From positions 608,001 through 672,000 of the forward strand of contig OZ250165.1 in NCBI GenBank assembly GCA_965238005.1: a stretch of 64,000 nucleotides of DNA. The letters run 5' to 3'. This document shows, piece after piece, positions 32,517 through 44,650 of this stretch (positions are counted from its first letter, which is position 1; each line of letters opens with the position of its first letter). A program made the translations under genes and the position numbers. The notes under the pieces are model-generated. The model saw only the letters and a list, made by a program, of their open reading frames with translations. It ran no database searches and was not told the DNA's origin. The DNA comes from Longimicrobiales bacterium. Its GTDB lineage: Bacteria; Gemmatimonadota; Gemmatimonadetes; Longimicrobiales; Gaopeijiaceae.

Positions 32517-33392
32517 ATGGCCGATAAGCGTTGCTTCGTTCAGTTCCCGCATCCGGGAGGGGAACACAGTAGTGGCGGCTGGAACAAGACCCACCGGAGC
32601 CACAAGCGAAAGTTCATGCAAATCCGTGACGATTGGATCGAAAGGGATGGGACCAAACGGTCCGGCGACTTGTGGGCATGGGGCGAATGGGAGCCGGAAT
32701 CGGATCTCATCCGCAAACTCAATGCGCAGCACGGCGAGTCGCACCATCCGCGCTACCTCTGGAAACCGTACTGGGTCCCGAGGACCTGCTACAAGGACCT
32801 GCACAACACCGATCCGTTCATCTTCGGCGATCGCTTCCTTTACTCGAACTGCGGCCAGCTGAGCCGGAGTAAGCGCGGTCTGAAGCACCTTGACCGAGGT
32901 TCCCTGATCGCGTTCGGGAGCGGTAAGATGGTCGACGGCAAACGGAAGTGGGCACTCGACACCGTGCTCGTAATCAAGGACAGCTTCCCCTACGACCCGC
33001 TCGACCCACGTAAGGCGCTTGAAGGCAAGGTGCCGGATGCTTTCCTGAGTGTGACCGGCGGACCGCTGACCGCCGCCCCGAAGATTCGCAAGAACCCAGA
33101 AGAGCGGGGGCTCCGGCTCTACCGGGGAGCAACGCCACACGATCCGGTCGGCAGGATGTTCAGTTTCTTCCCCGCAAAACCGGCGGGTGGTAACTCGGGT
33201 TTCCCCCGTCCGTTCCTCTCCCTTAAGGGAGAGTACTTCAATCCCCGCAACTGGCAGGCTCCGAAGGGGCACCAGCGCAATCGTACCCTCGACGAGTTGC
33301 GCTGTCTGTGGAACTCGCTCGTCGCACAAGTCCGCGATGCCGGTCTCGTCCTCGGCACACGCGCGGAAGTGCCACCACGACGGGACGACTGA
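32517..33392 (+). CDS. Hypothetical protein, possibly Nmad2/Nmad3-like
   Basis: Intact 291-aa ORF; NTDPFIFG..FLYSNC.Q...L..GSLIAFGS resembles nucleotide-modification-associated domains. Confidence 0.5.
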   Translation: MADKRCFVQFPHPGGEHSSGGWNKTHRSHKRKFMQIRDDWIERDGTKRSGDLWAWGEWEPESDLIRKLNAQHGESHHPRYLWKPYWVPRTCYKDLHNTDPFIFGDRFLYSNCGQLSRSKRGLKHLDRGSLIAFGSGKMVDGKRKWALDTVLVIKDSFPYDPLDPRKALEGKVPDAFLSVTGGPLTAAPKIRKNPEERGLRLYRGATPHDPVGRMFSFFPAKPAGGNSGFPRPFLSLKGEYFNPRNWQAPKGHQRNRTLDELRCLWNSLVAQVRDAGLVLGTRAEVPPRRDD

Positions 33393-33539
33393 TGGAGCTT
33401 AGATCAGCGAATCGGCCACCAGACTGTCCGACAAACCGAGGCCACCTGAATACCGAAGGAGTGAAGGGGCCTGATATCTACCGCGTGTCATCCGCTTCAT
33501 TTGTCACCGCTGCGAACTTGACCGTGTATCCCACCACCT

Positions 33540-33700
33540 TCGCTATTCGGCTCGCTGCCTGTTCGGCGATGGCCTTCTTTCGCGCCTCCGCGACGGTCAA
33601 TTCGGTCGTCTTGCCAAGAGGGATATTGATCGGCCCAAGCTTGCGGACGACACGGACGAAATAGGTCCTCGTATCGGCGGCGGCGATCTTTAGGCTGATT
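33540..33700 (-). pseudogene. Integrase arm-type DNA-binding domain fragment
   Basis: TRTYFVR...IPLGK..ELTVAEARKKA. Confidence 0.6.
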
Positions 33701-33901
33701 GCGCGAAGGGTATGGTCCAAGACGATCAGCGGGCGTTGCCGGTGCTTCTGTGCCCTGAACCGGCGGTGGGCGGCCCTGTCGTTGACGTTGGCGTAGATGC
33801 GGATGAAACGGTCTCCCTGTCCGTTCCCTCGGATGCCCCGTTCCGGGTGAACGGGGCGGTGGTTCAGGGAAGGAGACGGGGTCCTCGCGTGGGATCGCCG
33901 G

Positions 33902-33949
33902 TCAGGTCTCGCTCAGGGCACCATGGTGCGGCGGGTTGTGCATGGCCAT
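33902..33949 (-). pseudogene. HigA-like antitoxin N-terminal stub
   Basis: GGAGG RBS then MAMHNPPHHG, compare HigA MxMHNPPHPG; 15 codons only. Confidence 0.4.
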
Positions 33950-34050
33950 GATCAGGTCCTCCCGGCAGCCTCGTCAAGGTATGGGCATGGCGATTCTGAC
34001 GGCCCAGGCAGGGCTCCAAGCGTCGGGGCCGAGTTGGGTTACCGTACTAG

Positions 34051-34130
34051 AGCCAGCCTACCCTTTGGGGCCACGCTTCGCGGGTCCCCGGCAGGGGCTG
34101 GCGAGGGACTCCGCCCCCTTCGATCCCCCG
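34051..34130 (-). other. ColE1/MOBP5-like oriT, copy A
   Basis: 57 bp identical (inverted) to 52295-52351; ends in GGCTGGCT, compare ColE1 nic CTGG/CTTA. Confidence 0.65.
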
Positions 34131-34460
34131 GACGCCCGCGCTCCGGCGGAGTTCGCGGGCGGGGAGCTCGCCCCCCATCCCTCTTGCCGGTGCGTCCTGA
34201 GTCGCGCGCCACACGAAGGACATATGGCGGCAGGCAGCTGCTGGGGTCGGTTGAGGGGACGCGGACTAGGAGAGGCCGCTAGAGGTCTCGTCGGCCAAAT
34301 CAATGGGGAACTCGCCGAGGACACACGAGCAAAGTCTGCGCTCCGAACAGCCCTGCAGGCTCACCGTGGAAAACCAGGCAATGTTGATCCCAAAGCGCTG
34401 GCCGCATAGTGGTCGGACCGCACCGACGCGGCGCATGTCAATATCCGTCGGGACGATCCC

Positions 34461-35321
34461 TCAATCGCTGAGCAGCAGGTACTTCAAGCCGAGCATCATA
34501 GACCAGGGATTGATGCGACTGATTTCGGTGTCGTTCATTATGGGAAACGGATGCACCTCGTAAGGACTCGTGTCCACAAGGTCGTCGACCCAGCTGTAGG
34601 ACGCCTTCAGGCCGAGCAGGAGCTTGTCGCCCAAACGATAGTCGGCACCGGCAAAGAGCTGCTTCGCAAGCCCGCTGTCGGACAGATCGACGTCCTGCAG
34701 ACTGTTGTACTCCGCCGCGGGACGACCGCCGCATGGCTGACTAATGCACGAGTATTCGCTGCTGAAATACAGCCCCGACAGCTCGACGAAGGACAGGCCC
34801 AGCCCGGCGCCCAGGTAAAGCATGACCCGGCTTTCTGCGAACGCGAAGTCGTGATAGGCGTTCAGGGACAGCGTGCGCGCGGCCAAGGCATCGACCCTGG
34901 TGGTGTTGGTCGACGTATAGTTGCTGTCTTCGTTAGGCAGGATCGGAGATCCATCGAGAAAGGTAATGTCGGTGAATTCTTGCTCGATGTTGTTCGATCG
35001 CTGGGAGACCGACACCTCCACGCGCACGTCGCCGAAATCTCGACCGACGGCGACTTCAAAAGCAGTACCGAGATCCGAGGGAAGGTTGTAAAACCAGCGA
35101 TAGCCCTCCGGCGTGCCGCTGCAACGGAAATTCGGGTAACAGATATTGTCCCGGTTATGGCCCGCCTGCTTCATCACGGGATTCCAGTTCGTCCCGCCGC
35201 TCGCGCTCACGTACCACCCGTAAGACCCCGGCTGTTGACCCGCACCTTGTTCCGCTCGGCCGAGCAGGGTGCAGATCGCAAGCGTGGCTCCGAAGGCGTG
35301 TAACTGCCAGGACAAAGGCAT
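34461..35321 (-). CDS. Outer-membrane beta-barrel protein (OmpA/opacity-like)
   Basis: GGAGG RBS; signal peptide; LNAYHDF, YLGAGLG, AGADY; terminal LGLKY. Confidence 0.8.
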   Translation of the reverse strand: MPLSWQLHAFGATLAICTLLGRAEQGAGQQPGSYGWYVSASGGTNWNPVMKQAGHNRDNICYPNFRCSGTPEGYRWFYNLPSDLGTAFEVAVGRDFGDVRVEVSVSQRSNNIEQEFTDITFLDGSPILPNEDSNYTSTNTTRVDALAARTLSLNAYHDFAFAESRVMLYLGAGLGLSFVELSGLYFSSEYSCISQPCGGRPAAEYNSLQDVDLSDSGLAKQLFAGADYRLGDKLLLGLKASYSWVDDLVDTSPYEVHPFPIMNDTEISRINPWSMMLGLKYLLLSD

Positions 35322-35825
35322 TTGAGTCACCTCCAGTTGAGTCCGATGGCCTTCATTTGAAGATACCGCCTCCCAAGGACCCCGATCAACGGATCCCACA
35401 CTATCGAGCCGGTAACGGGAGATTCCAATCGCCCCACGCGGGGGGTAGCCCAGGAAATGGCCCGCCTCCGCGTGGCAGATTCATGGGGACGAGCACATGG
35501 CTCATCCCCACCACGGCGGCTGCGCTGGCAAGGCCGAGCTGGTCTTGGCTCCTCCCGTAGCAACGGGGAGCCAAAGCTTCCGCCGTGAAGCGGTGGAGTA
35601 GAAGGCGGCCTCATTCTGCCTCGTCATGGCTTCGCTTGAAGTCCATCGGAGACTGATAGTCGATTGGAGCTGGCGCGAGTGGCAAGTCCAAGAGGGTCGT
35701 GGCGCAATCGGCGGAGGCGCGCAGCACCTTCTGGGCTTGATCCAGTTTCGTGGACGGTTTAACTCGGCTGCCAGCCGAGCCGAGCGTCGAGTGTCGGCAC
35801 TGCTGTCTTAATCGCCATCGTCGGC

Positions 35826-35905
35826 TCAGGTTCGACGAACGTGCGCATTGACGATCCCCGGGCCGCCGAACTCGCCAGCTAAGTAGGCTGCCCAGTCCGC
35901 CGGCA
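35826..35905 (-). pseudogene. Tyrosine integrase extreme C-terminal stub
   Basis: ADWAAYLAG, homologous to MDNWAAYL (54302) and ADWAAHLAG (48767). Confidence 0.55.
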
Positions 35906-35913
35906 TATGTCAT

Positions 35914-36005
35914 GTAAATATATAATATAAAATACGTTACAACTATTCTTACATCACTCCCGTCACCCCTCTGATCACCCTTTGCGCATTGGGTAACGGA
36001 ATCCC
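35914..36005. repeat. att-arm-like AT-rich element, family 1 copy A
   Basis: Ungapped similarity to 50123-50214: GTAAAT..CGTTAC then CCGTCACCCCT(C/G)TGATCACCCTTT. Confidence 0.8.
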
Positions 36006-36211
36006 ATGGGCCATCCCCGTTCGCCGAAACCGTGCGGTCGTCCCGTGGGGCCTCGCCTCATGCCGTATCGTCCTGCCGCCTCTCCGGTGGAGGCAGAACC
36101 GACCCGGCCCGATTCGTCTTAGGACCAAGCGGGGGTAAGGGTGCGTTCACGCGGCGGCCTTTCGGTCGAGTCCGGAAGGGGTGGATCCATCCTCGAAAGT
36201 GGTCTTGTCAT

Positions 36212-37535
<1,324 letters not shown>

Positions 37536-38386
37536 CCTCCTGGTCATCAGCGGATGTCCGCTCCAGATCGCCCACACGCCCGAGGCGCACGAAGCCCAGC
37601 AGCTGAACGTGGGGTCGGTCATGCCACCGATCCGTACTGCCCATGCCCTCCCGACCCGGTGTCACGCCACCCAGCCAACGGGTAAGCACCGGTGCTTGTC
37701 CGAGCACCGCCCGCGTCCCCTTCCTCAACGCGCGCGTTCCTCTCGTGCTTATCGCGCGGGGGTTGGCGGGGGCGGCGATCTCCGTGGGAGTTGGAAGGAC
37801 GCTCCAGGTTCCGGCGGGAGACCAAGGAACCTGTCCCGGCCCCGGGACAAACCTCATGCGGGGTGTTCCTTGGATACGGTGTCCATGCTGATGGAGCAGG
37901 GCTATGTTTGGAGAGCGTTCATGCCCCTGAAGAGACACACCGATGACATGAGTCCCCCACAACTGACGGATGCCGGTGAGGATAGTGGTTCTCTGGACTC
38001 GGACGTGGCGAATCCGCGTCCCCCAGATCACGAGCCAGGGACCGGAGTCGAATCTCGAAAGCGTAACGCGTCGTGGCGTGCGCCGACGACCCTGATTGGG
38101 TCCTTGGGATCCTTATAACGTTTCTTGTCTTTCTGTTCGGCAACAACGTGACTAGCCGGTTTGGTCAGGCAGAGGCACCTTCCGATGGTCGAGACAACGA
38201 CCCTAGTGTACCGCCGCTAAAGTGGCATTAGCACGAGTGACCTTTGCCAGGATATCTTGGCCATACACGAAAGATAACGCCCGCTTCACGTCATGCCCAT
38301 CACACTTAGCCGCCGATACACTAGCTCGGTCTCGGGCGGATTTGACCTTCGAAAATCGTCACATCACCGACAAAGGGAGGCATCGC

Positions 38387-41329
38387 ATGAATCCTGCCGG
38401 AAACTGGACTCGTTTCGGGTGCATAGCGACTATTTTGTTGCTATTTGCGACATTTCCCGTCACGGGCCACGCCCAGGGGTCCCTCGAAGGCACGGTTCGG
38501 GATGGTGCCACCAACCAGGGGGTGCGCAGCGCACAGGTGTTCATCTCGGCCCTCTCCATCGGCCGACTGAGCGACGCCGACGGCTCCTTCCAGATTGGAG
38601 GCATTCCCGCCGGCACCCATGTGGTCGAGATCAGGCTGATCGGCTACGCCACGGAGCGCCAGGAGGTCAGCATCGCGGACAGCCAGGTGACGCAGCTCGA
38701 CGTGACCATCAGCGAGGAAGCCATCGCGCTCGCCGGCATCGTCGCCATCGGGACGCGGGCCCGGCCACGCACCGTGACCGAATCAGCCGTCCCCGTCGAC
38801 GTCATCACGAACGCGGAAATCATCAACCAGGGCGACACCGACTTCGCCAACCTGCTCCGCAACGTGGTGCCGTCGTTCAACGTGAACATCCAGCCCATCA
38901 GTGACGCGGCCACCTTCGCGCGCCCGGCCAACCTGCGCGGGCTCGCCCCCGACCACACGCTGATTCTGGTGAACGGGAAGCGCCGCCACCGCACGGCGGT
39001 CATCACCTGGTACGGCAACGGCCTGGCCGACGGGTCGCAGGGCCCTGACATCGCACTGATTCCGGGCATGGCGCTGGAGCAGGCCGAGGTGCTGCGCGAC
39101 GGTGCGTCGGCGCAGTACGGCTCCGACGCCATCGCGGGGGTGATGAACTTCGTGCTCAACAACAACCGCTCCGGCGGAGCCCTCGAGATCAAGACAGGCG
39201 GACATCTGTTCGCGACGACCAGCGAACCCTTCCAGGATGATCCGATCCCGGGCGACGGGGAGATGTACAGCATTGCGGGCAACATCGGTCTGCCTCTCGG
39301 GGAGACCGGGTTCCTCAACCTGACCGGCGAATACGGCAACACCAATCCCACCGACCGCAGCGTGCAACGGAACGACGCGCTCGCGCTGGTCGGGGCCGGC
39401 AACCAGCACGTGCGCTCTCCCACGCAGATCTGGGGTTCCCCGCAGGTATCCGACGAAATCAAGCTGTGGGCGAACACGGGCTACCTGTTCAGCGACGCGC
39501 TTTTGTTCTACGGACACGGCAACTACGTAAGCAAGCAGGTCGAGGGCGGCTTCTACTTCCGGAATCCGAACACCCGTAGCGGCGTGTTCGGGACCAGCAG
39601 GGACAGTACACTAGTTGACGGGACACCGGTTACCGGCCCGGAAGGTGATATATTGCAGGTTCCGCTATTGTTGGTCGGCGACATGATCGACGCGCGCGAC
39701 GGAGTGCTGGACGGTTCGGCCGGCTGCCCGGAGGTACGGGTGAACGGCGGCGTCGTGACCGAGCGCGCGGCGTTGAACCAGGTTCTAAACGACCCCAACT
39801 GCTTCACCTTCCAGAAGATCTTCCCGGGAGGCTTCACGCCGCAGTTCGGCGCATACGTGCTCGACGCCTCCGCAGTGGCCGGCCTCAGGGGCACCCGGGG
39901 CCAGCTGGACTGGGACGCCAGCGCCAGCTGGGGCAAGTCCAACATGGACTTCTACATGTACAACACGGTGAACGCCTCGCTTGGGCCGAACCAGCCATGC
40001 AGCGACCAGGGCACCTCGATCGCCGTCCCGGACCAGCCGTGCACGCCGTACTTCCATCCGGGAATCTACGATCAGCAGGAGGTCAACTTTAACGCCGACG
40101 TCTCCTACGCCGTGAACGAAAGGGTGAATGTCGCCGGCGGCGCTGAATGGAGGAACGAGCGCTTCGAGATCGTCCCGGGCGACGAGGCTTCGTGGACCGA
40201 GGGTCCGCTCGCGACCCAGGGCTTCACCCCCGGCTCCAACGGCTTCACCGGCTTCGGTCCCCTCACCGAGGGCACCTGGAACCGCAGCAACTTCGCCGGC
40301 TACGGTGACGTCGAGTTGCGGGATCCGGCAGGCGCGTGGACGTTCGGCGTCGCCGGGCGCGTCGAGAGATTCTCGGACTTCGGCACCACGGTGAACGGAA
40401 AGGTCGCGGCCCGGACGACCGTCTCGGAGGGCTTCGCTCTGCGGGGCAGCGCCAGCACCGGCTTCCGCGCCCCCACGCCCGGCCAGCAGAACGCCTTCAA
40501 CATCTCGACGATCTACGATCCCGAGATCATGGACCTCACCAACAACGGCACGATTCCGTCGACATCCCTCTTGGCCCGAGAGTTTGGCGGCGAAGCGCTC
40601 ACGCCGGAGAAGTCGGTGAACATGGCGTTGGGTGCCGTGCTCGAGCGCGGCCGGTTCAGCCTCTCCACCGACTTCTTCCAGATCAACGTAAACGACCGTC
40701 TTACGACGAGCGCCGACCGAAAGCTCACCCCGGTGGAGATCGACCAGCTCGTGGCCGACGGCATCATCCGGCCGGGCGGGGTGCTGGCGCGGTTCCGCTT
40801 CTTCATCAACGACTTCGCGACCCGCACCCGGGGAATCGATCTCGTGGCCGCCTACCAGATGGAAGGAGCGAACGGTTCCACCACCAACATCACCGCCGCC
40901 TGGAACTGGACCTCGACCCAGGTGACGGACTTCAACTCCGGCACCCTCACGGGCACGCGCATCCGCATCCTGGAGGAGGGGCTCCCGAACGTGCGCGGCA
41001 ACGTCGCCGTCAACCACACATTCCCCAACGGCGTGCGGGCGCTCGTACGCGGCAGCTACTGGGGTGGCTACTACGACGGCGAGACTCCCTACTACACGGG
41101 CAGCTCGGACAATACCATCGACTATCCGGCGCGCGTCCTCTTCGACATGGAGGCAGCCCGCTCCTTCAACGATCGCTGGACGCTGACGCTTGGGGCCCAG
41201 AACGTCCTGAACACCAAGCCGCAGGAGTACCCGGGCGCGGCCGACGGCGTCGGCAACCGGTACGGCCAGTTCACGCCCTTCGGCTTCAACGGGGCCTTCC
41301 TGTACGGCAAGCTGGGGTACAGGTGGTAG
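38387..41329 (+). CDS. TonB-dependent receptor with N-terminal carboxypeptidase-regulatory-like domain
   Basis: GGGAGG RBS; signal peptide; LRGL.PDHTLILVNGKR; EVLRDGASAQYGSDAIAGV; terminal YRW. Confidence 0.95.
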   Translation: MNPAGNWTRFGCIATILLLFATFPVTGHAQGSLEGTVRDGATNQGVRSAQVFISALSIGRLSDADGSFQIGGIPAGTHVVEIRLIGYATERQEVSIADSQVTQLDVTISEEAIALAGIVAIGTRARPRTVTESAVPVDVITNAEIINQGDTDFANLLRNVVPSFNVNIQPISDAATFARPANLRGLAPDHTLILVNGKRRHRTAVITWYGNGLADGSQGPDIALIPGMALEQAEVLRDGASAQYGSDAIAGVMNFVLNNNRSGGALEIKTGGHLFATTSEPFQDDPIPGDGEMYSIAGNIGLPLGETGFLNLTGEYGNTNPTDRSVQRNDALALVGAGNQHVRSPTQIWGSPQVSDEIKLWANTGYLFSDALLFYGHGNYVSKQVEGGFYFRNPNTRSGVFGTSRDSTLVDGTPVTGPEGDILQVPLLLVGDMIDARDGVLDGSAGCPEVRVNGGVVTERAALNQVLNDPNCFTFQKIFPGGFTPQFGAYVLDASAVAGLRGTRGQLDWDASASWGKSNMDFYMYNTVNASLGPNQPCSDQGTSIAVPDQPCTPYFHPGIYDQQEVNFNADVSYAVNERVNVAGGAEWRNERFEIVPGDEASWTEGPLATQGFTPGSNGFTGFGPLTEGTWNRSNFAGYGDVELRDPAGAWTFGVAGRVERFSDFGTTVNGKVAARTTVSEGFALRGSASTGFRAPTPGQQNAFNISTIYDPEIMDLTNNGTIPSTSLLAREFGGEALTPEKSVNMALGAVLERGRFSLSTDFFQINVNDRLTTSADRKLTPVEIDQLVADGIIRPGGVLARFRFFINDFATRTRGIDLVAAYQMEGANGSTTNITAAWNWTSTQVTDFNSGTLTGTRIRILEEGLPNVRGNVAVNHTFPNGVRALVRGSYWGGYYDGETPYYTGSSDNTIDYPARVLFDMEAARSFNDRWTLTLGAQNVLNTKPQEYPGAADGVGNRYGQFTPFGFNGAFLYGKLGYRW

Positions 41330-41464
41330 CCTAAACCGATCCGCCAGCGGACGGATCAGCCGGCTCCGGAGGGTTGCTGGACGACCCTTCGGGGCCGGTC
41401 TTCTGATGGCCACGAGCCGATTGCGAGGCTTCTCCCGTCGCTGACCGAAGTTGGGTCTGTCCCA

Positions 41465-41498
41465 CACTTCCAAGCATACTTCACTTCCAAGCATACTT
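41465..41498. repeat. Perfect 17-bp tandem duplication
   Basis: CACTTCCAAGCATACTT x2. Confidence 0.95.
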
Positions 41499-41534
41499 CG
41501 CCCACACCCGACTCAAGAGACCCTGACTCGATCG

Positions 41535-42626
41535 ATGTCCTCGGCTAGACGTGTTCCCTGGCTCCTGACCGGCGCCCTGCTCGCCGTCGCCAGCTGTGTG
41601 TCGTCCTCGGCACTGGAGTTGTATGAGACCAGCGATGCCCCCTGCTACGACCGCGCCCTCGAGCCCCAGACCGCGGTCGTCGACGCGCATCTCCACTTTC
41701 GTCCCTTCGGAGGTCCCGAGATCCCGTTCGAGGAACTGGTCTCCTATCTCGAGGAGACGGGCGTGCTCTTCGCGAACGTCTACGGCATCGGCCAGACGCT
41801 CCCGGACTCATCGTCCTGCACCTACTACCTGGACTGTCCCGGCACGCCGCTGACTCCATCGCTCGACAATGACCTCGCCAACGCTGCCGAGTACGTGACG
41901 AACCCACCTTCCCACGTTCATCTGACGATGTCGATGACCTTCCCGGATCTGGCGCGCCCCGCCACCATTCTCCCCGCGATGCAGCGCCTGGAGGAGGAAT
42001 ATCCGGGTGTCTTCTCCTGGATGGGCGAGGTCAACCTGGTCAAGCAGGCCGTGTTCGACAACGGCCGCGGGCCGATTCCCGAGGAGGTCCTGGACGGGTG
42101 GGCACCGTTCATGGAGGTTCTTCGGGAACGGAACATGCCCCTGTCCATCTACGGCGATCTGGGCAACGATGAAGACCCGACCCTGTACCTTCCGCTGATG
42201 GAGGGGGTGCTTGGTCTGTATCCCGACAACAACATCGTCTGGATGCACATGGGATTGTTGCGGGAACTCACCGAAATGTACCCGGCCCGGCACGTCACGA
42301 TCATGAAGTCGATGCTGGACCGCCATCCGAATCTGATGCTGGACATATCCTGGCGCGTGATTGACGACACCTATTTCTCGGATCCCGACGCACGAGCTGT
42401 CTACATTCCTTTTCTGAATGAGTACTCGGAACGGATTCTGCCCGGAACCGACTTCCTGGCATCCCGGGACAAGGACTTCGAGGTCTATCGTACCGAGCTG
42501 AACGTCACCAGCCGCATCCTGCGCTACCTCGACGACACCGCCTTCCGCAACATCGCGCTCGGCCACAACTACGTCCGTCTGCTGGGCCTGGACTACCTGG
42601 CGCCCAGAGTGTGCGAGAGTCCGTGA
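41535..42626 (+). CDS. Amidohydrolase-2-family lipoprotein
   Basis: Lipobox VASC; VVDAHLH; GEVN; WMHMG; LDISW; PGTDF. Confidence 0.85.
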   Translation: MSSARRVPWLLTGALLAVASCVSSSALELYETSDAPCYDRALEPQTAVVDAHLHFRPFGGPEIPFEELVSYLEETGVLFANVYGIGQTLPDSSSCTYYLDCPGTPLTPSLDNDLANAAEYVTNPPSHVHLTMSMTFPDLARPATILPAMQRLEEEYPGVFSWMGEVNLVKQAVFDNGRGPIPEEVLDGWAPFMEVLRERNMPLSIYGDLGNDEDPTLYLPLMEGVLGLYPDNNIVWMHMGLLRELTEMYPARHVTIMKSMLDRHPNLMLDISWRVIDDTYFSDPDARAVYIPFLNEYSERILPGTDFLASRDKDFEVYRTELNVTSRILRYLDDTAFRNIALGHNYVRLLGLDYLAPRVCESP

Positions 42627-42869
42627 CGGATTGCCGCAAGAGCTGTTGCCCCGACCGCCCTGGGCCACCGAACCCGGGATCCGAGGGCTCCAGGGATCTC
42701 TTGAATTGCAACCATGAGGGAGGGATCTACATGAGGACGGCAGCTGTGGCAGTTCTCGCTTTGCTGATGTTGCTGCCGGCGCTCCCGGCCCAGGCGCAGG
42801 TCGGATACCATGCTGGAGTGGAAATGGACTTGTGGGATCGTGATGCGGGCTACGAGGAAGCGTATTTTC

Positions 42870-43188
42870 TAAAGCCCGTCCCTATCACGGATACCATCCG
42901 CGCATCGACCAGAAGGCGGCGGCTTTGGTCCACGGCATCGTTTCCAATCACGGCTTCGTGGACGGCAACAAGCGCACGGCTGTTTACTTGGTGGAATTGC
43001 TGGCGGTCAGAAGCGGGTATCGATTGGCGGAGGAGGATCTCGTCCTGGCAGACGTCGTGACCGCTGTGGCCCGGGGAGATTTGGATTACGAAGAACTTGC
43101 GACGTGGTTCAAAGGACGATTGGAGCCGGTCGCCGGCACCGAACCGCATGCCTCCGCTCGGCAAACCGAGTCGACAGATGACCAATAG
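42870..43188 (+). pseudogene. doc: Death-on-curing (Fic/Doc) toxin, 5'-truncated
   Basis: KAAALVHGIVSNHGFVDGNKRTA motif; upstream is an unrelated signal-peptide stub (42731). Confidence 0.8.
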
Positions 43189-44131
43189 AGGAGCCGCTAG
43201 TCGAACGCCCGAGGATCCCTTGCGCGAGATCAGGCAATCGGTTGTCGCAATCGGCACGCTGCCGGATTCGCCATCCCGCCCGAGCGGTCAGCTCTACCAT
43301 GATGGGCGGCTCGTAGACTTCGATGTCAGAGGGACGGGCTTCATCTATACGCACACGCCGATCGAGTTCGCGGAGGGCAAGTCCGATCCGGATCCAAAGA
43401 CGGGAGCAGTCTACTACTGGGCGACGATGTGGATCGTGACCTGCAAACATTGCGTACACGACACCCCAGTAGTCGCGGTCCGGATGGACACGAACGCTGG
43501 CACGCGAGTCTATACGATCCGCGCATCCAAGTGGACAATTCACCCGGAGGCGGACGTGGCCGTCACTCCCTTCGGGCTGGACAGCGATGTCGAACCCGTT
43601 CCCAACGAGGCTGCGGCAGATGCGTTTGGAGCGTTGGTGATTTCCAGCGTTGACCGGGAAGTCACCGCGACCAGGGGACAAATCAAGAGCATGGGCTTCT
43701 GGGAGTCCACGCCTGTGTCGATGAGCGGGTTTCCCGCCGGCATGATTGAAGGCGGCAACAAGAATTACCCGGTCGTTCGCGCCGGGACGATCGCTCAGCT
43801 GCAAGGCTACCTGGATAGCGACCCAGAACACCGGCAGTTTCTCGTTGACGGATCGGTCTTCGCGGGCAACAGCGGAGGACCCATAGTGGTTCGGAAGGGC
43901 ACGATGAATAGCGAAAATCGCGCGTTGTCGCATACCGTCTTGATCGGCATGGTGTCCAAGGCTGTTCAAGTGGAAACCGTGCGTCACGATGAATCTTTCA
44001 GCGGTGTCATGGAGAACGCTGATCTCGTGAATGCCGTGACCGTAGACTCGATCAACGACACGATTCGCAGCTACTACGCTTCGAAGAGAATCTTGGACAA
44101 GAGCATCTTGACTCGACCCCGGCCTGGTTGA
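43178..44131 (+). CDS. Trypsin-like serine protease, no evident signal peptide
   Basis: GTGF; VTCKHC; DVAV; GNSGGP triad motifs. Confidence 0.88.
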   Translation: MTNRGAASRTPEDPLREIRQSVVAIGTLPDSPSRPSGQLYHDGRLVDFDVRGTGFIYTHTPIEFAEGKSDPDPKTGAVYYWATMWIVTCKHCVHDTPVVAVRMDTNAGTRVYTIRASKWTIHPEADVAVTPFGLDSDVEPVPNEAAADAFGALVISSVDREVTATRGQIKSMGFWESTPVSMSGFPAGMIEGGNKNYPVVRAGTIAQLQGYLDSDPEHRQFLVDGSVFAGNSGGPIVVRKGTMNSENRALSHTVLIGMVSKAVQVETVRHDESFSGVMENADLVNAVTVDSINDTIRSYYASKRILDKSILTRPRPG

Positions 44132-44602
44132 GGGCTAGGGCCCAGAGGCCAGACCGACAGCCCCATCCGCCGCTGTCGGCGGCGCCACGGCGGGGCGCCA
44201 CGCCGACATCCAACCTCATGAGCCAGCCGCTCACTGCTCCGTTACCAAGGCTCCCTATGACATCAAGTCCGAACTGTACGAAACTGTAGTTCACGGGTGG
44301 TTCACCGACGGGCGTCCGGTTACGGGCCCCGGGCAGATCGACCCGAAGCGAAGGGAACGGGTCGTGTTCGCGGGTCCGAACTTTCACGCCCGGCGGACGA
44401 ATTGGTCCCTGCGGGCCCTACTTGCTACACTCCGGATCCGGGCGGTTGTCGTACAGCGACGCCCGTCTCGCCTAAGCGCGGAAATGGCCGAGCTCGCACC
44501 CCGGAGCGGGCGCTCGGTTGAATCACCTATCGACCGATCGTCCGTGAGGTCCCTTGATATCGGAGCGGTGCGGCGAGGCTTGGAAGCTCGTGGGAGAAAG
44601 AG

Positions 44603-44650
44603 TGCCAGGGGTGGAGTTGAACCAGCGACCTCACGCTTATCAGGCGTGCG
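44603..44650 (-). tRNA. 3' half of tRNA-Ile(GAT), degenerate; likely att remnant
   Basis: Minus strand CGCACGCCTGATAAGCGTGAGGTCGCTGGTTCAACTCCAC: anticodon arm and T arm; no D arm, no CCA. Confidence 0.75.

Noticed and set aside
41384..41403. CCC-TTCG-GGG hairpin after the TonB receptor as a terminator
   Set aside because: Stem is short and there is no clear U-tract
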